Made by a program: the position numbers and the translations under genes. DNA of 64,000 nucleotides from positions 99,386,001-99,450,000 of the forward strand of contig NC_042999.1 of NCBI RefSeq assembly GCF_006345805.1. The letters are read 5' to 3'. The notes below the pieces were generated by a model. The model made no database searches, had not been told where the DNA came from, and worked only from the letters and a program-made list of their open reading frames with translations. Each line of letters starts with the position of its first letter. Within the stretch, counting starts at the first letter, position 1. The stretch is from Octopus sinensis. Its lineage: Eukaryota. Of the stretch, positions 62,990 to 64,000 are shown piece after piece.

Positions 62990-63379
62990 CGGTTTTTTTG
63001 ACTATTTATTAAATTTTATGTATTGATTAAGTCTTTCCTTGTTTGTTTTGCAAAATAGTGGTTTTGTCTCAAATAATATTTTATAATATTTTACTATAAA
63101 ATTGGATTTAACTAAATCTGATTTTTTTTTCCCTGTAAATTTGGATATATTCCCTAATTTTATTATTTATATAATATTGATAATTTTGTATATGAGAGTA
63201 ATACCTCAATTTCGCAAATTATGGATTTTACAGGTAAGATAGAACCGCTGTTTTGGGATTCATCTTTGAAAGATATTCCTATTCCTTCTAGAAAGGAATT
63301 TATCTTGAAAATGTTAATAATGTTAAAGATTTTTATTCTAGAATTAAATGGAAAGCTTTTTACTAAATTTTTATTTATT

Positions 63380-64000
63380 TAATGATATTGATAGTAGGAA
63401 TGATAATATACCTCTAAATTTAAATCTAGAAAGGAACCTCCATTTAATAAAGAATTACAATTACTTGAAGATAGTATATGGAAGGTGGTAAAAAATATTG
63501 AATTCCATAAATACCCAATAGAAATATAATGAATTTAAGGAATTTAGCAATTAAATTAAAGATATGAGAAAATATGGATAGTATTATAGTACAATCTGAT
63601 AAAAACAGGAACTTATATAAATTAGATGTTAAATTATATGATAACTATTAGGGAAAGAAATAATTAAAAAATATAAAATTGTTCCAGATGATATTCTTTA
63701 TAATATTAATAAGCCTCTAAAGTAGTAATGTTAAAATATGAGTTGGATAATAAAACTGAACCTTATGTACCTTTGCACCCCAGAATTACTCTTAAAGACC
63801 ATAAAGATAATTTTTATTCAGACCCTAAAGTTAGATTAATTTGCCCATGTAAATCGGACCTAGGTAAATAAGTAAATTTATTTTAGATAAAATATTGATA
63901 AGTTAAATAAACTTAATTATTAAAATTATGGTTTAGTAATAATAATACATTGAAATGGTTTAATAATATTAAAGATAAAATCGTTTTATAAATTTATTCA
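63380..64000 (+). pseudogene. Penelope-like element N-terminal/RT relic, running off the window
   Basis: FKSRKEPP..ELQLLED...VKNIEF, SDKNRNLYKLD, ITLKDHKDNF..PKVRLICPCKSDLGK. Contains stops and frameshifts. Confidence 0.85.

Overview
This is AT-rich, microsatellite-saturated eukaryotic DNA with no recognisable host gene. The SINE repertoire suggests an octopus/cephalopod genome (inference from recall, not database-checked). It is a transposon graveyard: Tc1/mariner relics, an RTE LINE, R4/Dong LINE fragments, Penelope-like (PLE) fragments, non-autonomous Helitrons, MITEs and about 20 tRNA-derived SINEs. Most ORFs in the supplied track are microsatellite read-through. The standout is 3.66-8.73 kb: two diverged, head-to-tail copies of an ORF1(gag)-only, Tx1/L1-like retroelement, one with an intact 486-aa CCHC ORF and no RT. 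The same TTATATCAC(A/C)TC motif sits at every junction, and removing the elements rebuilds one arm of a small inverted-repeat target. Both UTRs carry covarying RNA stems, and the last ~35 nt are shared with the tail of an abundant SINE. A probable ancient third relative lies at 34.8-36.4 kb. A second highlight is a set of hammerhead-ribozyme-like motifs: a young ~557-bp tandem/inverted array at 43.3-44.9 kb, a minimal motif at 45.1 kb, and an inverted pair at 61.4/62.9 kb upstream of a PLE RT relic. All alignments were done by eye, and coordinates of decayed repeats are approximate.
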